Positions 1-10,714 of a DNA stretch of 39,868 nt are shown here, one piece after another. Position 1 is the first letter of the stretch. Every line of letters begins with the position of its first letter. Both the position numbers and the translations under genes were made by a program. Location of the stretch: contig CAUETL010000001.1 in the NCBI GenBank assembly GCA_959020685.1, forward strand, positions 1-39,868, written 5' to 3'. The notes beneath the pieces were generated by a model. The model searched no databases. It was not told the origin of the DNA and saw only the letters and a program-made list of their open reading frames with translations. Source of the stretch: Haemophilus parainfluenzae (GTDB lineage Bacteria; Pseudomonadota; Gammaproteobacteria; Enterobacterales; Pasteurellaceae).

Positions 1-1
1 A

Positions 2-46
2 TCCCGCCGAGCAGATGAGCGTTTGAAAGATTCTTTTGAAAAATAG
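2..46 (+). CDS. possible 3' end of a gene entering from the left edge (...SRRADERLKDSFEK*)
   Basis: Open frame from position 2 to TAG at 44-46, followed by a bidirectional terminator. Too short to identify. Confidence 0.3.
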   Translation, partial: SRRADERLKDSFEK

Positions 47-62
47 AGAATAATGAGTAGAT

Positions 63-93
63 AAAAGGGCGAACATGATGTTCGCCCTTTTTT
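63..93. terminator. bidirectional intrinsic terminator
   Basis: AAAAGGGCGAACA-TGA-TGTTCGCCCTTTTTT perfect hairpin with A and T tracts on either side. Confidence 0.85.
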
Positions 94-235
94 AGATATC
101 TTGAATCACTAATTGTAATGCATGGCGTTGGAATTGTTTTGCTTTACGGTGTTTTAAGCGTCTTAAACGCAAGTTGCGTGAGGCAGAGATATCTCTTGAT
201 GCTTTTTTCTTTAAAAAAGTTTTTCTTTTTAACAT
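92..235 (-). CDS. 47-aa very basic small protein, not in ORF track
   Basis: Manual translation MLKRKTFLKKKASRDISASRNLRLRRLKHRKAKQFQRHALQLVIQDI*. SD AAGGAG at 247-242, 6 nt before the ATG. Stop codon runs into the terminator. Confidence 0.7.
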   Translation of the reverse strand: MLKRKTFLKKKASRDISASRNLRLRRLKHRKAKQFQRHALQLVIQDI

Positions 236-290
236 CTTTTTCTCCTTGTTTTCTTTGAGTTCAATAAAACGTTGCTTTTTCTGACCGCAT

Positions 291-1685
291 TTACTCTGTT
301 GCAGTCGCTTGGTTTTCTTGAACGCGATGATAATTCACAATACTATTCATGTAACGGCGAATATTTTCGACATATTGATAGGCTTCATAGCCGCGAGCGT
401 AGCCATATTTTAAGTTTGAATAATGGCGCTTTTCCGATAATAGCTGAAGATTATTTTTTACATCTAACCAGTTATCAGGATTGCCGCCTAATTTTTTAGT
501 TAAGCGACGAGCATCTAAAATATGCCCTAACCCCATATTGTATGCCGCTAAAGAATACCAAATTCGATCTTCTTCTGGAATGCTGTCAGGCATTTGGTCG
601 AGTAGCCAATGCAAATACTCCGATCCCGCTTTTATACTTTGTTCAGCATCTGTGCGATTATTAATATTCATCCGCACAGCCGTATCTTTGGTAAGCATCA
701 TCATTCCGCGTACACCTGTTGGAGAGGTGGCATAAGGGTCCCAATGCGATTCTTGATAGGCTACAGCAGCTAATAATCGCCAGTCTAAATTCCCTTTGTA
801 TTTTTCAAAGAGCGGTTGATATTGAGGCAGAATTTTTTCTACAGCCTCTAAATAAGCCTGAGTATCCACATAATCAAAGGCAGTAATATGGCGGAAATAT
901 TTTTCCTCAATACGATCAATTAATCCAGTTTCAATGGCATTATTCATAAAATCTAACAAGCCTGCTTGTAGCTCATTATAGGATTTATTAGAAAGATACC
1001 AATGCACGGTCATTTCATCTGTTAAGTCAAATGCAATTGCTAAGTTAGGGCGAATTTGTTGTGCAGCTGCCACATCAATACTATTTGCAATTGTATAAGG
1101 AATTTTGCCTTCCGCTACTTGAATTAATAATTCCTCTTGGGTTAACTGCTTGTTATTCTGCCATTTAAGTGCAGGAAGTTTTTTCTGTGCAAGGGATAAT
1201 AATTTTTCTAAGTCTTCCCCCGCAGAAATAATAATTTCTTGCTGGACTTGCGCTAAATCTTTCGGGCGATTTTCACCTTTTTTATACACAAGCTGCCAAG
1301 AGGCAGAGGTGTAAGATGGTCCTAACTGAAATTTTTCTGCACGCTGAGGCTGGAACAAAAGATTCGCAGCGGCGATATCAATATTATTGTTCTCTAATTC
1401 ATTAAAAAGCTGATCGTTATTTTCTAAGGTTTTAATTTGTAAGCGAACCCCTAAATAATCAGCAAAGTTTTTTGCTAATTCGTATTCCAAGCCTGATTCG
1501 CCTTCATTCCCAATAAAATAGTAAATGGGATTGTTAATGGTGCCGACAATTAGGCTACCGCGATTTTTGATCGTGGTGTAAGGGTTTTGCTCCGATTGCA
1601 TAATTTTTTGCCAAGGGAAGACCATATCAATTGCCCAAAGTAATAATGCAAAAGCAGCAATAATACGTAAAAATAGACCTTTCAA
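291..1685 (-). CDS. mltF: membrane-bound lytic murein transglycosylase F
   Basis: N-terminal periplasmic-binding-protein-like domain plus SLT domain ([28 protein letters not shown]). TTG start. Confidence 0.95.
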   Translation of the reverse strand: MKGLFLRIIAAFALLLWAIDMVFPWQKIMQSEQNPYTTIKNRGSLIVGTINNPIYYFIGNEGESGLEYELAKNFADYLGVRLQIKTLENNDQLFNELENNNIDIAAANLLFQPQRAEKFQLGPSYTSASWQLVYKKGENRPKDLAQVQQEIIISAGEDLEKLLSLAQKKLPALKWQNNKQLTQEELLIQVAEGKIPYTIANSIDVAAAQQIRPNLAIAFDLTDEMTVHWYLSNKSYNELQAGLLDFMNNAIETGLIDRIEEKYFRHITAFDYVDTQAYLEAVEKILPQYQPLFEKYKGNLDWRLLAAVAYQESHWDPYATSPTGVRGMMMLTKDTAVRMNINNRTDAEQSIKAGSEYLHWLLDQMPDSIPEEDRIWYSLAAYNMGLGHILDARRLTKKLGGNPDNWLDVKNNLQLLSEKRHYSNLKYGYARGYEAYQYVENIRRYMNSIVNYHRVQENQATATE

Positions 1686-1740
1686 TAGATAAACCTTATA
1701 AATTGAGATAAGAGACGATTGTAACGAGAATTAAGACAAT

Positions 1741-1769
1741 AAAAAAGCCCCTTTTACTTCAAGGGGCTG
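1741..1769 (-). terminator. intrinsic terminator after deaD
   Basis: Minus strand reads AGCCCCTT-GAAGTAA-AAGGGGCT followed by a T tract. Confidence 0.8.
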
Positions 1770-1780
1770 TTAAATAAGGA

Positions 1781-3631
1781 TTAACGTTGGCGATCTCGGC
1801 GACCACGTTCATTAAAAGTGCGGTCGTTTTTATCGTTAAATTTACGCTGACGACGTTCACCATTACGCTCACCACGGAAGCGATCTTGACCACGCTCGCC
1901 ACGATCATTGCGACGACCATCACGACGGCCTTTTCCGCCAAAATCGTTACTACCACGTCCGCTATCTGATTGTGTCGCGCCCATAAAGCTCATTTGCATT
2001 TGTTTATTTAAAACGCGAGTTTTACCGAATTGTTGAAGCAATTCTTTCGGCATGCTTTGTGGTAATTCAACGGTAGAGTAGTCATCATAAAGTTTGATAT
2101 GACCAATGTAACGGCTATTAATATCACCTTCATTTGCGATAGCGCCTACGATATGACGCACTTCTACACCATCTGCACGACCTACTTCGATACGATATAA
2201 ATCCATCGGTTGTTGGTTGCCATAGCCTTTACGCTCACCACGACGTTCAGCTGAGCGTGGGTTTTCGCGTCGATCACCGCGATCGTTACGGTCACGACGG
2301 CGTTTATCCATCGGTGGATCAGGTGGAAGAATGAGTTTTTGTTTCCCTTGAAGCAGCATCAACATCGCTGCAGCAATATCTTCTTGATCCTGATCTGCCG
2401 TGAATAAATCTTCCAATAAGCTACGATACATTTCGAGATCGTGATGTTCCAATTGCTTGGTAATCTTGTCTTGGAATTTTTTACGACGACAGGCTTGTAA
2501 CACTTCATGATTTGGCAATTCAACTTCATTGATTGGCTTTTTCATCAAGTGTTCGATATTACGAAGTAAACGGCGTTCACGTGGTTCAACGAATAACAAT
2601 GCACGACCAGAACGACCAGCACGACCGGTACGACCGATACGGTGAACGTAAGACTCTGCATCAAGTGGGATATCATAGTTCACCACAAGACTGATTCGTT
2701 CAATATCGATACCACGCGCAGCAACATCGGTTGCAACGACGATATCAAGGCTACCATTACGTAAGCGATCTAAGGTTTGTTCACGTAATTGTTGGGTCAT
2801 ATCACCGTTTAATGCCGCAGCACGGAAACCGTGTTTTTCTAATAATTCAGTCACATCAAGTGTGCCCGTTTTAGTACGGGTAAAAATGATTGCCGCATCA
2901 AAATCTTCTACTTCTAAGAAGCGTAATAATGCATCATTTTTACGGAAACCTTGAACATACCAACAATTTTGCTCAATATCAGGTGCATTATCGTTATTTA
3001 CTTTGATTTTCACTTCTTGCGGATTGTTCATGAAGCGTTTTGTGATGCGACGAATTGGCTCAGGCATGGTTGCTGAGAAAAGGGCTGTTTGGTGCTCTTC
3101 AGGTAATTCCGCCATAACGGTTTCTACATCATCAATAAAGCCCATGCGAAGCATTTCATCCGCTTCATCAAGTACGATAGCTTTTAATTCAGATAGATTT
3201 AATGTGTTACGACGGATGTGATCCAAAATACGGCCTGGTGTACCCACAACAACTTGTGCACCTTGTTTTAATGCACGTAATTGAATGTCATAGCGTTGAC
3301 CACCATAAAGGGTCACGATGTTGATGCCTTTGGCATATTTCATGAAGTGTTCACAAGCATCAGCAACTTGAATGGCTAGTTCACGCGTTGGTGCCATCAC
3401 CAATAATTGTGGATGTTTTGCGGCAGGATCAATTTTTGCCAAAATAGGTAAAGAGAATGCGGCGGTTTTACCACTACCGGTTTGTGCCATACCAAGTACA
3501 TCTCTGCCTTCTAGAAGAGCAGGAATACAAGCTTGTTGGATTGGCGAAGGTGTTTCAAAACCAAGGTCAGAAACGGCTTTTAGAATGAATTCAGGCAAGC
3601 CTAAATCATTAAAAGTGATTTTGTCTGTCAT
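1781..3631 (-). CDS. deaD: ATP-dependent DEAD-box RNA helicase DeaD/CsdA
   Basis: Q motif, [21 protein letters not shown] and HRIGRTGR motifs; DbpA-type RNA-binding domain; R/G/D-rich tail; pnp-nlpI-deaD synteny. Confidence 0.97.
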   Translation of the reverse strand: MTDKITFNDLGLPEFILKAVSDLGFETPSPIQQACIPALLEGRDVLGMAQTGSGKTAAFSLPILAKIDPAAKHPQLLVMAPTRELAIQVADACEHFMKYAKGINIVTLYGGQRYDIQLRALKQGAQVVVGTPGRILDHIRRNTLNLSELKAIVLDEADEMLRMGFIDDVETVMAELPEEHQTALFSATMPEPIRRITKRFMNNPQEVKIKVNNDNAPDIEQNCWYVQGFRKNDALLRFLEVEDFDAAIIFTRTKTGTLDVTELLEKHGFRAAALNGDMTQQLREQTLDRLRNGSLDIVVATDVAARGIDIERISLVVNYDIPLDAESYVHRIGRTGRAGRSGRALLFVEPRERRLLRNIEHLMKKPINEVELPNHEVLQACRRKKFQDKITKQLEHHDLEMYRSLLEDLFTADQDQEDIAAAMLMLLQGKQKLILPPDPPMDKRRRDRNDRGDRRENPRSAERRGERKGYGNQQPMDLYRIEVGRADGVEVRHIVGAIANEGDINSRYIGHIKLYDDYSTVELPQSMPKELLQQFGKTRVLNKQMQMSFMGATQSDSGRGSNDFGGKGRRDGRRNDRGERGQDRFRGERNGERRQRKFNDKNDRTFNERGRRDRQR

Positions 3632-3707
3632 TAAAATGCTCGAATATAATTTAAGGAAAGCTCAATTTAGCTTTCAGGTTTATTTGTTACACAAGAAAGA
3701 GGCAAGT

Positions 3708-4649
3708 CTAAAAAACAGCTGTTTTTGTGACCGCACTTTTTTCTTCTTTTTCGTCTTCAGTTTGAGCCGGTTTCAATTTCATCAGCTCTAACACGGCAAA
3801 ACGATACTCAACAAAGTTATACACCTGATTCGCAATAGCAAGTTTGAATAAAGCCGCCGCTTCATCAATTTGCCCCAAATTGAGTTTTTGTTTTGCTAGA
3901 TAAAAGTAGGTTTCGGTTAATATTTCTGCATATTGTTGCGAGTTTTCTGCAAATTTGGTTGCCCGCTCTTGCAAGTCACTCACGGAAATATTACCTAAAT
4001 AGTATTGAACGATATTTGTTCCCCAGAAGTCCTTAGATAGCCCTTTAGCTCGTTCAACAAGGTTGGCATGGGCTTCTTGTGGTTTTAATTTTTGTTCGTT
4101 CAAATAGAGCCAAAGTACGCGATAAGGATCTTTGGTATCGGCTTCATAAAACTTCATAAAATCGTCTTCAGCAAGATTATAGCGTTCGACGTAATAAAAA
4201 TTTAAACCACGATTAAGATGGGTATAGTCATAACTTGGGTCCAATTCAAACACCGCATTAAAGGTTTCTAATGCACTGTCGTAATCTTCCTCAAGCAGTA
4301 AGTAAAGCCCTAAATAATTGTAAACAGAAGCCATCTTTGGCTGTAATGCAAGGGCTTGAGTAAAGTCATAACGTGCGAGGCCCCATAAACCGAGGGAATC
4401 GTATAATACGCCGCGTTCAAAGTGAAGCGTCGCCCGTTCTTCATTACTCATTTTTCCAACTAATAAAACCTGCCCGATTCGGGTAATCATCACTTCTTGT
4501 TCGAAGTGCGTATTCGGGTTCTGATCCGCTAGCACGACTTTATTTGGTGCGACAAACACGTTTCCCGATTGCACACAACCGGAAATAAATAAAATCACAC
4601 TTAGGCTAGACAACGAAACTAGAAAACGGAATAACCGAAAATACTGCAT
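3708..4649 (-). CDS. nlpI: TPR lipoprotein NlpI
   Basis: Lipobox FISGC; FERGVLYDSLGL and TETYFYLAK motifs. Start moved to ATG 4649 because the track's 4781 start overlaps pnp. Confidence 0.93.
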   Translation of the reverse strand: MQYFRLFRFLVSLSSLSVILFISGCVQSGNVFVAPNKVVLADQNPNTHFEQEVMITRIGQVLLVGKMSNEERATLHFERGVLYDSLGLWGLARYDFTQALALQPKMASVYNYLGLYLLLEEDYDSALETFNAVFELDPSYDYTHLNRGLNFYYVERYNLAEDDFMKFYEADTKDPYRVLWLYLNEQKLKPQEAHANLVERAKGLSKDFWGTNIVQYYLGNISVSDLQERATKFAENSQQYAEILTETYFYLAKQKLNLGQIDEAAALFKLAIANQVYNFVEYRFAVLELMKLKPAQTEDEKEEKSAVTKTAVF

Positions 4650-4674
4650 TGTTTTATAAGTTAGTTTGATAATC

Positions 4675-4708
4675 AAAACGGGTGTGTAAACTAAATTCAC
4701 ACACCCTG
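4675..4708 (-). terminator. probable terminator or stability hairpin after pnp
   Basis: Minus strand GGGTGTGTGAA...TTTACACACCC followed by GTTTT. Confidence 0.65.
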
Positions 4709-4713
4709 TGAGA

Positions 4714-6852
4714 TTATTCTTGTTCTTCTGAAATGTCTTCTGCAGGTGCAGATTCTGCTTCAGTTTCTTGTTTTGGTGCAAGATCTTTCATGGTTAAGCG
4801 GATTCGACCTTGACGATCGATTTCAACCACTTTCACCGTCACTTCTTGACCAACTTGAAGATAATCACTCACTTTCTCTACGCGCTCTTTTGCGATTTGA
4901 GAAATATGAACTAAACCTTCTTTATTTCCAACGATAGCAACGAATGCCCCGAAGTCAGCAAGACGAGTCACTTTACCTTTGTAAATTGCACCCGCTTCAA
5001 CTTCAGCAACGATTTCTTCAATACGTGCCATCACATTTTTCGCTGCACTGCTATCTACTGCAGCAATTTTCACTGTACCATCATCATCGATATCGATAGA
5101 CGTACCGGTTTCTTCAGTTAATGCACGGATAGTTGCACCACCTTTACCGATAACATCTTTGATTTTCTTCGGATCAATTTTCATGGTGTGAATACGCGGC
5201 GCGTAGTCAGAAATATCTGCACGTGGCGCAGGGATTGCTTGTTCCATTACGCCAAGAATGTGCATACGTGCACCTTTTGCTTGGTTTAATGCAATTTGCA
5301 TAATTTCAGGGGTGATACCTTCAATTTTGATGTCCATTTGAAGTGCGGTGACACCTTCACGTGTACCAGCCACTTTAAAGTCCATATCACCTAAGTGGTC
5401 TTCATCACCTAAGATATCGGAAAGCACCACAAATTTTTCTTCTTCTTTCACTAAGCCCATTGCAATCCCCGCAACAGCGGCTTTGATTGGAACACCCGCA
5501 TCCATTAATGCTAAAGACGCACCACATACAGATGCCATAGAAGAAGAACCGTTAGATTCAGTGATTTCAGATACAACACGCACGACATACGGGAATTCTG
5601 CTAGGCTAGGCATAACAGCCGCTACACCGCGTTTTGCTAAACGACCGTGACCGATTTCGCGACGTTTTGGTGAGCCAATCATACCGGTTTCACCTACAGA
5701 GTATGGAGGGAAGTTGTAGTGGAATAAGAAGTGATCTTGACGTTCACCCGTTAATTCATCAATGATTTGTGCATCACGTTCAGTACCTAACGTTGCAACG
5801 GCTAATGCTTGCGTTTCACCACGGGTGAAAATTGCAGAACCGTGGGTACGTGGTAATACACCTGTGCAAATATCTAATGCACGAACGGTATCAACGGTAC
5901 GACCATCAATACGTGGTTCACCTGCAATGATACGGCCACGAACGATTTGGCTTTCAAGTGCGGTGAAAATATCTACGATTTTACCTTCGCTGATTTCTTC
6001 ATCTTCAGCTGTGATTTGTGCAATCACATCCGCTTTAATTGCATCGATTTGTTCGTAACGTGCTTGTTTTTCAGTAATGCGGTATGCATCGCCTAAACGT
6101 GCTTCAGCAATCGCTTTTACTTTGTTGATTAAATCTGTATTTGGTTGTGGTGCAACCCAATCCCAACGTGGTTTGCCTGCTTCTTTGGCAAATTCTTTGA
6201 TTGCTTCAATTACAACTTGTTGTTGTTGATGACCGAATACCACTGCTGCTAACATTTGTTCTTCAGTTAAAATGTCAGCTTCAGATTCAACCATTAATAC
6301 GGCTTTGTCAGTACCTGCAACCACTAAGTCTAAACGGCTTTGTTTTTGTTCGGCCATAGTTGGGTTTAATACGAATTGGTTGTCGATGAAACCAACGCGC
6401 GCTGCACCGATAGGGCCATTGAAAGGTACACCAGATAAGGTTAATGCTGCAGAAGCACCGATCATTGCCACTAAGTCTGGGCTGATTTGTGGGTTGACAG
6501 AAACTACAGTTGCCACAACTTGAATTTCGTTGAAGAAACCTTCTGGGAATAATGGACGAATTGGACGGTCGATTAAACGTGCAATTAAAGTTTCGCCTTC
6601 AGATGGACGACCTTCACGTTTGAAGAAACCACCAGGGATTTTACCCGCCGCATAAGTACGCTCTTGATAGTTTACGGTTAATGGGAAGAAGTCTTGACCT
6701 TCTTTCACATCTTTTTTAGCAACAACAGTCACGAATACCGTGGTATCGTCCATGCTTGCCATGACCGCAGCAGTTGCTTGACGTGCAATTGCGCCGGTTT
6801 CTAGGGTTACGGTGTGTTGACCGTATTTAAATTGTTTAACAATTGGATTCAC
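4714..6852 (-). CDS. pnp: polyribonucleotide nucleotidyltransferase (PNPase)
   Basis: Two RNase PH domains ([26 protein letters not shown]) plus KH and S1. GTG start at 6852 preceded by AAGGAA. Confidence 0.97.
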   Translation of the reverse strand: MNPIVKQFKYGQHTVTLETGAIARQATAAVMASMDDTTVFVTVVAKKDVKEGQDFFPLTVNYQERTYAAGKIPGGFFKREGRPSEGETLIARLIDRPIRPLFPEGFFNEIQVVATVVSVNPQISPDLVAMIGASAALTLSGVPFNGPIGAARVGFIDNQFVLNPTMAEQKQSRLDLVVAGTDKAVLMVESEADILTEEQMLAAVVFGHQQQQVVIEAIKEFAKEAGKPRWDWVAPQPNTDLINKVKAIAEARLGDAYRITEKQARYEQIDAIKADVIAQITAEDEEISEGKIVDIFTALESQIVRGRIIAGEPRIDGRTVDTVRALDICTGVLPRTHGSAIFTRGETQALAVATLGTERDAQIIDELTGERQDHFLFHYNFPPYSVGETGMIGSPKRREIGHGRLAKRGVAAVMPSLAEFPYVVRVVSEITESNGSSSMASVCGASLALMDAGVPIKAAVAGIAMGLVKEEEKFVVLSDILGDEDHLGDMDFKVAGTREGVTALQMDIKIEGITPEIMQIALNQAKGARMHILGVMEQAIPAPRADISDYAPRIHTMKIDPKKIKDVIGKGGATIRALTEETGTSIDIDDDGTVKIAAVDSSAAKNVMARIEEIVAEVEAGAIYKGKVTRLADFGAFVAIVGNKEGLVHISQIAKERVEKVSDYLQVGQEVTVKVVEIDRQGRIRLTMKDLAPKQETEAESAPAEDISEEQE

Positions 6853-6884
6853 AATGTTTTCCTTCAAAATAATATTTAAAACAA

Positions 6885-6997
6885 AGCTTTATTTTCCAGA
6901 TTGCGACTAGCAAAAGAAATCTCTCGAAAAAATGACCGCACTTTTGGCGTTTAAAAATTTCTTTTGATAGCCGCACGCTAATGCAGAAAATAAAGCT
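6885..6997 (-). promoter_or_regulatory. long imperfect stem-loop in the pnp 5' leader (candidate RNase III site)
   Basis: AGCTTTATTTTC (6885-6896) pairs with GAAAATAAAGCT (6986-6997). TGCGACTAGCAAAAGAAAT pairs imperfectly with ATTTCTTTTGATAGCCGCA. Analogous to the E. coli pnp leader. Confidence 0.7.
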
Positions 6998-7002
6998 CGC
7001 TT

Positions 7003-7031
7003 ATTATACAGAGTTTTAAATTTATTGGTAA
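7003..7031 (-). promoter_or_regulatory. sigma70 promoter of pnp
   Basis: Minus strand TTACCA-17 nt-TATAAT immediately upstream of the leader stem. Confidence 0.7.
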
Positions 7032-7085
7032 CTTTATTTAATATAAGCAACTTGTTATCATATTCTCATACAAATACATACGTAA

Positions 7086-7562
<477 letters not shown>

Positions 7563-7582
7563 TTATTTCGATTCATTAAAGC

Positions 7583-7628
7583 AAAAGCGCGGTCAGAAAT
7601 TTATGTATTTTTCTGACCGCACTTTTTT
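7583..7628. terminator. bidirectional terminator made of an inverted USS pair
   Basis: AAAAGCGCGGTCAGAAA...TTTCTGACCGCACTTTTTT between convergent genes. Confidence 0.8.
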
Positions 7629-7629
7629 A

Positions 7630-7851
7630 TTATTTAATCACCGTGATTGACCATTTTGCATCATCAATTTGCTCGAAGTTTGTGACTTCATAGCCTTCTT
7701 CTGCTGCCCAAGCGGGAATAGCCTCGGTGGCTTGTGTGCAGTCGAATTCAATTTCTAGGCCATCGCCTTTATTTAACTTAGCCATGGCTTCCTTAGCTTC
7801 AACGAGAGGAAATGGGCAAACAAGGCCAAGTGTAGGTAATTTAACGATCAT
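7630..7851 (-). CDS. yeeD: TusA-family sulfurtransferase, YeeD/TsuB-like (73 aa)
   Basis: GLVCPFP motif, FDCTQATEAIPAWA. Start moved to ATG 7851 with SD GGAG. Directly downstream of yeeE. Confidence 0.85.
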   Translation of the reverse strand: MIVKLPTLGLVCPFPLVEAKEAMAKLNKGDGLEIEFDCTQATEAIPAWAAEEGYEVTNFEQIDDAKWSITVIK

Positions 7852-7859
7852 ATAAGCTC

Positions 7860-8900
7860 CTATGCTTTTGATAATTTTAAACGTTGTGGACGAATAATGG
7901 TGAAGTAGGCGGCCACCCAAGTGCCGAGAATCATCAAGGGCAATGATACCCAACCTTGCCAAGAGAAAAAGGCGGTTTCGACTAAGCCATTACCGATAGA
8001 ACAGCCACCTGCAAGCGTTGCGCCAATACCCATAAGAATACCGCCGAATCCGCTGCGTAGAATCGTGGTGGCATCCGGTACGCGGACACGAAATTCATTG
8101 CTTGCTTTCGCGCCGATGAATGATCCAATAAAAATTCCTAAAACTAAGAATACGCCCCAGTTAATAAATTTACCGTCGCCAGTAACGAGGAATTGCATAA
8201 TATTAGCGGATGGACCAGTGATCCCAAGTCCAAACTCACGACCAGTAGCGACACTGAGTGGCCAAGCGGCAAGCGCGATTAATCCGATTAACACGGCTGA
8301 GAAAAATGGGTGCCAGCGTTTTTCAAATAATAAGTGGGCAAGCCCTGTTTTCTTTGGTTTTAATGCCGCGACTTTTACGCTTGGTTTGCTGAGATGTTTG
8401 TACACATAGAAAGCTGTCACTAAAGTTAATAATGCGACTAACCACCAAGGTGAAATACTGAATGTGTCGTAAATATTGCGTTGTTCAATATTGATACTGC
8501 GTAAAGTTTTATTGAATTCGCCTAATGGGCCAGTACGCATGATGGCACTTAATAACATATAAGTGAATAACGCAACCCAACTGCCGACTAAGCCTTCTGC
8601 AGCGCGGTACCATGTACCTGTTGCACAACCGCCAGCAAGAACAATACCGATACCAAACACGAAGGCACCGATAATCACCGCTAAAAAGGCAAAATTTTCA
8701 GCTGGATCGACATTTAATACACCGATTTCTTTTAAAAGAAAGAAACCAATAGATTGCACGGTAATTGCCAATAGAAGGGCAACAAACATTTTGTTATTTT
8801 TGGTGACATACATATCGCGAAATGCGCCAGTAATACAAAAGCGCCCACGCTGCATGACAAATCCGAGTAAAATTCCGCAAAGTAATCCGGTTAAAAGCAT
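7860..8900 (-). CDS. yeeE: YeeE/YedE family sulfur-compound (thiosulfate) transporter
   Basis: Multi-TM protein with the three family cysteines (GRFC, AGGCATG, AGGCSIG), paired with a yeeD-like gene. Confidence 0.88.
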   Translation of the reverse strand: MLLTGLLCGILLGFVMQRGRFCITGAFRDMYVTKNNKMFVALLLAITVQSIGFFLLKEIGVLNVDPAENFAFLAVIIGAFVFGIGIVLAGGCATGTWYRAAEGLVGSWVALFTYMLLSAIMRTGPLGEFNKTLRSINIEQRNIYDTFSISPWWLVALLTLVTAFYVYKHLSKPSVKVAALKPKKTGLAHLLFEKRWHPFFSAVLIGLIALAAWPLSVATGREFGLGITGPSANIMQFLVTGDGKFINWGVFLVLGIFIGSFIGAKASNEFRVRVPDATTILRSGFGGILMGIGATLAGGCSIGNGLVETAFFSWQGWVSLPLMILGTWVAAYFTIIRPQRLKLSKA

Positions 8901-9000
8901 AAATATTCCTTTCTTTTAGAACTAAGTAGGGCAGTATTTTCTAAAAAAAGAAGAAGATAACGCCAATAACTTTTAGCTAGAAAATATGTTTTTTTGATAT

Positions 9001-9045
9001 AAAAAAGTGCGGTCAGAAATTTGAGTGATTTTCTGACCGCACTTT
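9001..9045 (-). terminator. USS-pair terminator after the cyuA-like gene
   Basis: AAAAAAGTGCGGTCAGAAA...TTTCTGACCGCACTTT. Confidence 0.8.
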
Positions 9046-9064
9046 ATCGTAAGTTACCACGCTA

Positions 9065-10369
9065 TTAAGGACAGGGTTTACTCACCATAATTTCAATCAC
9101 TTGGCGATCGATATGATGCATACTTTTAGACGCAATTGAGCATAGATTGTCGATAGTACGATCGAGATCGTGTTCAACAATGCCTTCATTACCCGTAACA
9201 TGGGTTTCATCCATGGCCATGAGTACCGATTTATAGCCAGAAGCCACGCTGGTGGACACTTTCATGGCACAGCTATTGGATGCGCCATCGCAGATGATTC
9301 CGCTAATATCACCAATCATGCTGCAAATCCCCATGCTCACGGTTTCAAATTTACCTGTAAGCAAATAGGCGATACCTGCACAGCTTCCCATAGAGGCAGT
9401 TGTTACCGCACAAAGGGCAGAAAGTTTGGGTAATTTACTGTGGATATAAATGGCCATTAAGTGTGATAAGAAGAGGGCGCGGAGACGTTTTTCTTCACTC
9501 ACGTTTAAATAATCAGCGACCACAACCACGGGCATAGTGGCGGCAATACCTTGGTTACCTGAGCCGGAATTACTCATCGCTGGCAATGTAGCCCCACCCA
9601 TACGTGCATCGGAGGCTGCAGTGGTTTCGATCATAATTTTACTGAGCAAATCGTCTGACATTAAGCCACTACCAACTTGTTTGCGTAACGTTCTGCCAAT
9701 ATGTAGGCCGTAATTTTCGCGTAACCCTTCATTAGATAGCGCGCGGTTGAGCGCGGCAGCTTGTCCGATAAAACGGATTTTATCGAGCTCAACTTCACAA
9801 GAAAATTCAAAAATTTCACGTGCGCTCACCTGCTTGAAAATATCATAAGGGTCGCAATCAGCGCATTCATCCTGTTCTTTTTCAAAAACAACTTCGCCAT
9901 TTTTTTCAATTAAAATGATATTAGTGTGTAGATCTTGAATCGCTACTTTCACTCGGTCATTATCCGCAAGCAACACCGCTTCTGAATATAAAATATGCTC
10001 GGTTTGATGAATATCGACATTAACGAGTTTTTTATCAAGCATCACTTTGGCTTGGGAAACTTGTTCTGGTGTGATGTGTTTTAACACTTCTAACTCACCC
10101 TCAGGGTCACCACCTAAAGCACCAATCGCCGCGGCAATAGGTAAGCCCACCATGCCCGTTCCCGGTACTGCAACACCTAAACCATTTTTCATTAAGTTTG
10201 GTGACACTTTGGCTTCAATGCGTTCAGGTGTTTTGCCTAAATATTTGGCTGCAGTTGCTGCTGCAAGCGCTAAAGAGATAGGTTCAGTACAGCCAAGTGC
10301 GGGAACCACATCACGTTCCACAAGGTGAAGTAATGGTTTTTCGATTTCGTTGAGTCTTTCTTGATTCAT
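9065..10369 (-). CDS. cyuA: L-cysteine desulfidase (YhaM/CyuA, UPF0597; serine dehydratase alpha-like Fe-S enzyme)
   Basis: PALGCTEP, SDARMGG, MSNSGSGNQG, LSALC and ICDGASNSCAMK motifs. Confidence 0.85.
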   Translation of the reverse strand: MNQERLNEIEKPLLHLVERDVVPALGCTEPISLALAAATAAKYLGKTPERIEAKVSPNLMKNGLGVAVPGTGMVGLPIAAAIGALGGDPEGELEVLKHITPEQVSQAKVMLDKKLVNVDIHQTEHILYSEAVLLADNDRVKVAIQDLHTNIILIEKNGEVVFEKEQDECADCDPYDIFKQVSAREIFEFSCEVELDKIRFIGQAAALNRALSNEGLRENYGLHIGRTLRKQVGSGLMSDDLLSKIMIETTAASDARMGGATLPAMSNSGSGNQGIAATMPVVVVADYLNVSEEKRLRALFLSHLMAIYIHSKLPKLSALCAVTTASMGSCAGIAYLLTGKFETVSMGICSMIGDISGIICDGASNSCAMKVSTSVASGYKSVLMAMDETHVTGNEGIVEHDLDRTIDNLCSIASKSMHHIDRQVIEIMVSKPCP

Positions 10370-10388
10370 AAAATTCTTTTTAAGTCTG

Positions 10389-10703
10389 TTAAATGCTGTC
10401 TTCTTTCTCTATAACTAATATGCGCGCTTCGCCTTGTGGATGAGCAACATGTTCGGTACCGATACTCGCATAAAAAATATCACCCGTATGGAGCAATACG
10501 GCTTTCTCTTGACCCTCTTCTTTGTAGCGCATTTCCACCGTACCATCCATGACAGCAAAGACTTCTTCACCGTCATTGATATGCCATTTGTAAGGTTTAT
10601 CTGTCCAGTGAAGACGCACGGAAATACCATTCATATTGGTAATATCCAGTGCTCCCCAAGCACGTTCTGCCGTAAAGTGCTGACTTTGAATAACTTTATT
10701 CAT
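10389..10703 (-). CDS. small cupin-domain protein
   Basis: Cupin motifs WHINDGEEVFAVMDG and GDIFYASIGTEHVAH; SD AAGGA overlapping the polA stop. Confidence 0.8.
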   Translation of the reverse strand: MNKVIQSQHFTAERAWGALDITNMNGISVRLHWTDKPYKWHINDGEEVFAVMDGTVEMRYKEEGQEKAVLLHTGDIFYASIGTEHVAHPQGEARILVIEKEDSI

Positions 10704-10714
10704 GACTAAATTCC

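Noticed and set aside
1781..1970. Repetitive R/G/D/E-rich sequence at the deaD 3' end, and the acidic ObgE tail (18790-18875), as possible tandem repeats
   Set aside because: Normal low-complexity tails of these families; no exact DNA tandem unit or phase-variable SSR seen.
3656..3675. Small hairpin GAAAGCT-CAATTT-AGCTTTC in the nlpI-deaD gap
   Set aside because: Short AT-rich stem without a clear U tract; function cannot be supported, and I found no convincing leader peptide.
4650..4781. N-terminal extension of NlpI in the ORF track
   Set aside because: Overlaps the pnp end and terminator; the lipoprotein signal begins at ATG 4649.
7852..7962. 110-aa version of YeeD overlapping yeeE
   Set aside because: The TusA domain and SD start at 7851; the extension is an alternate frame of yeeE.
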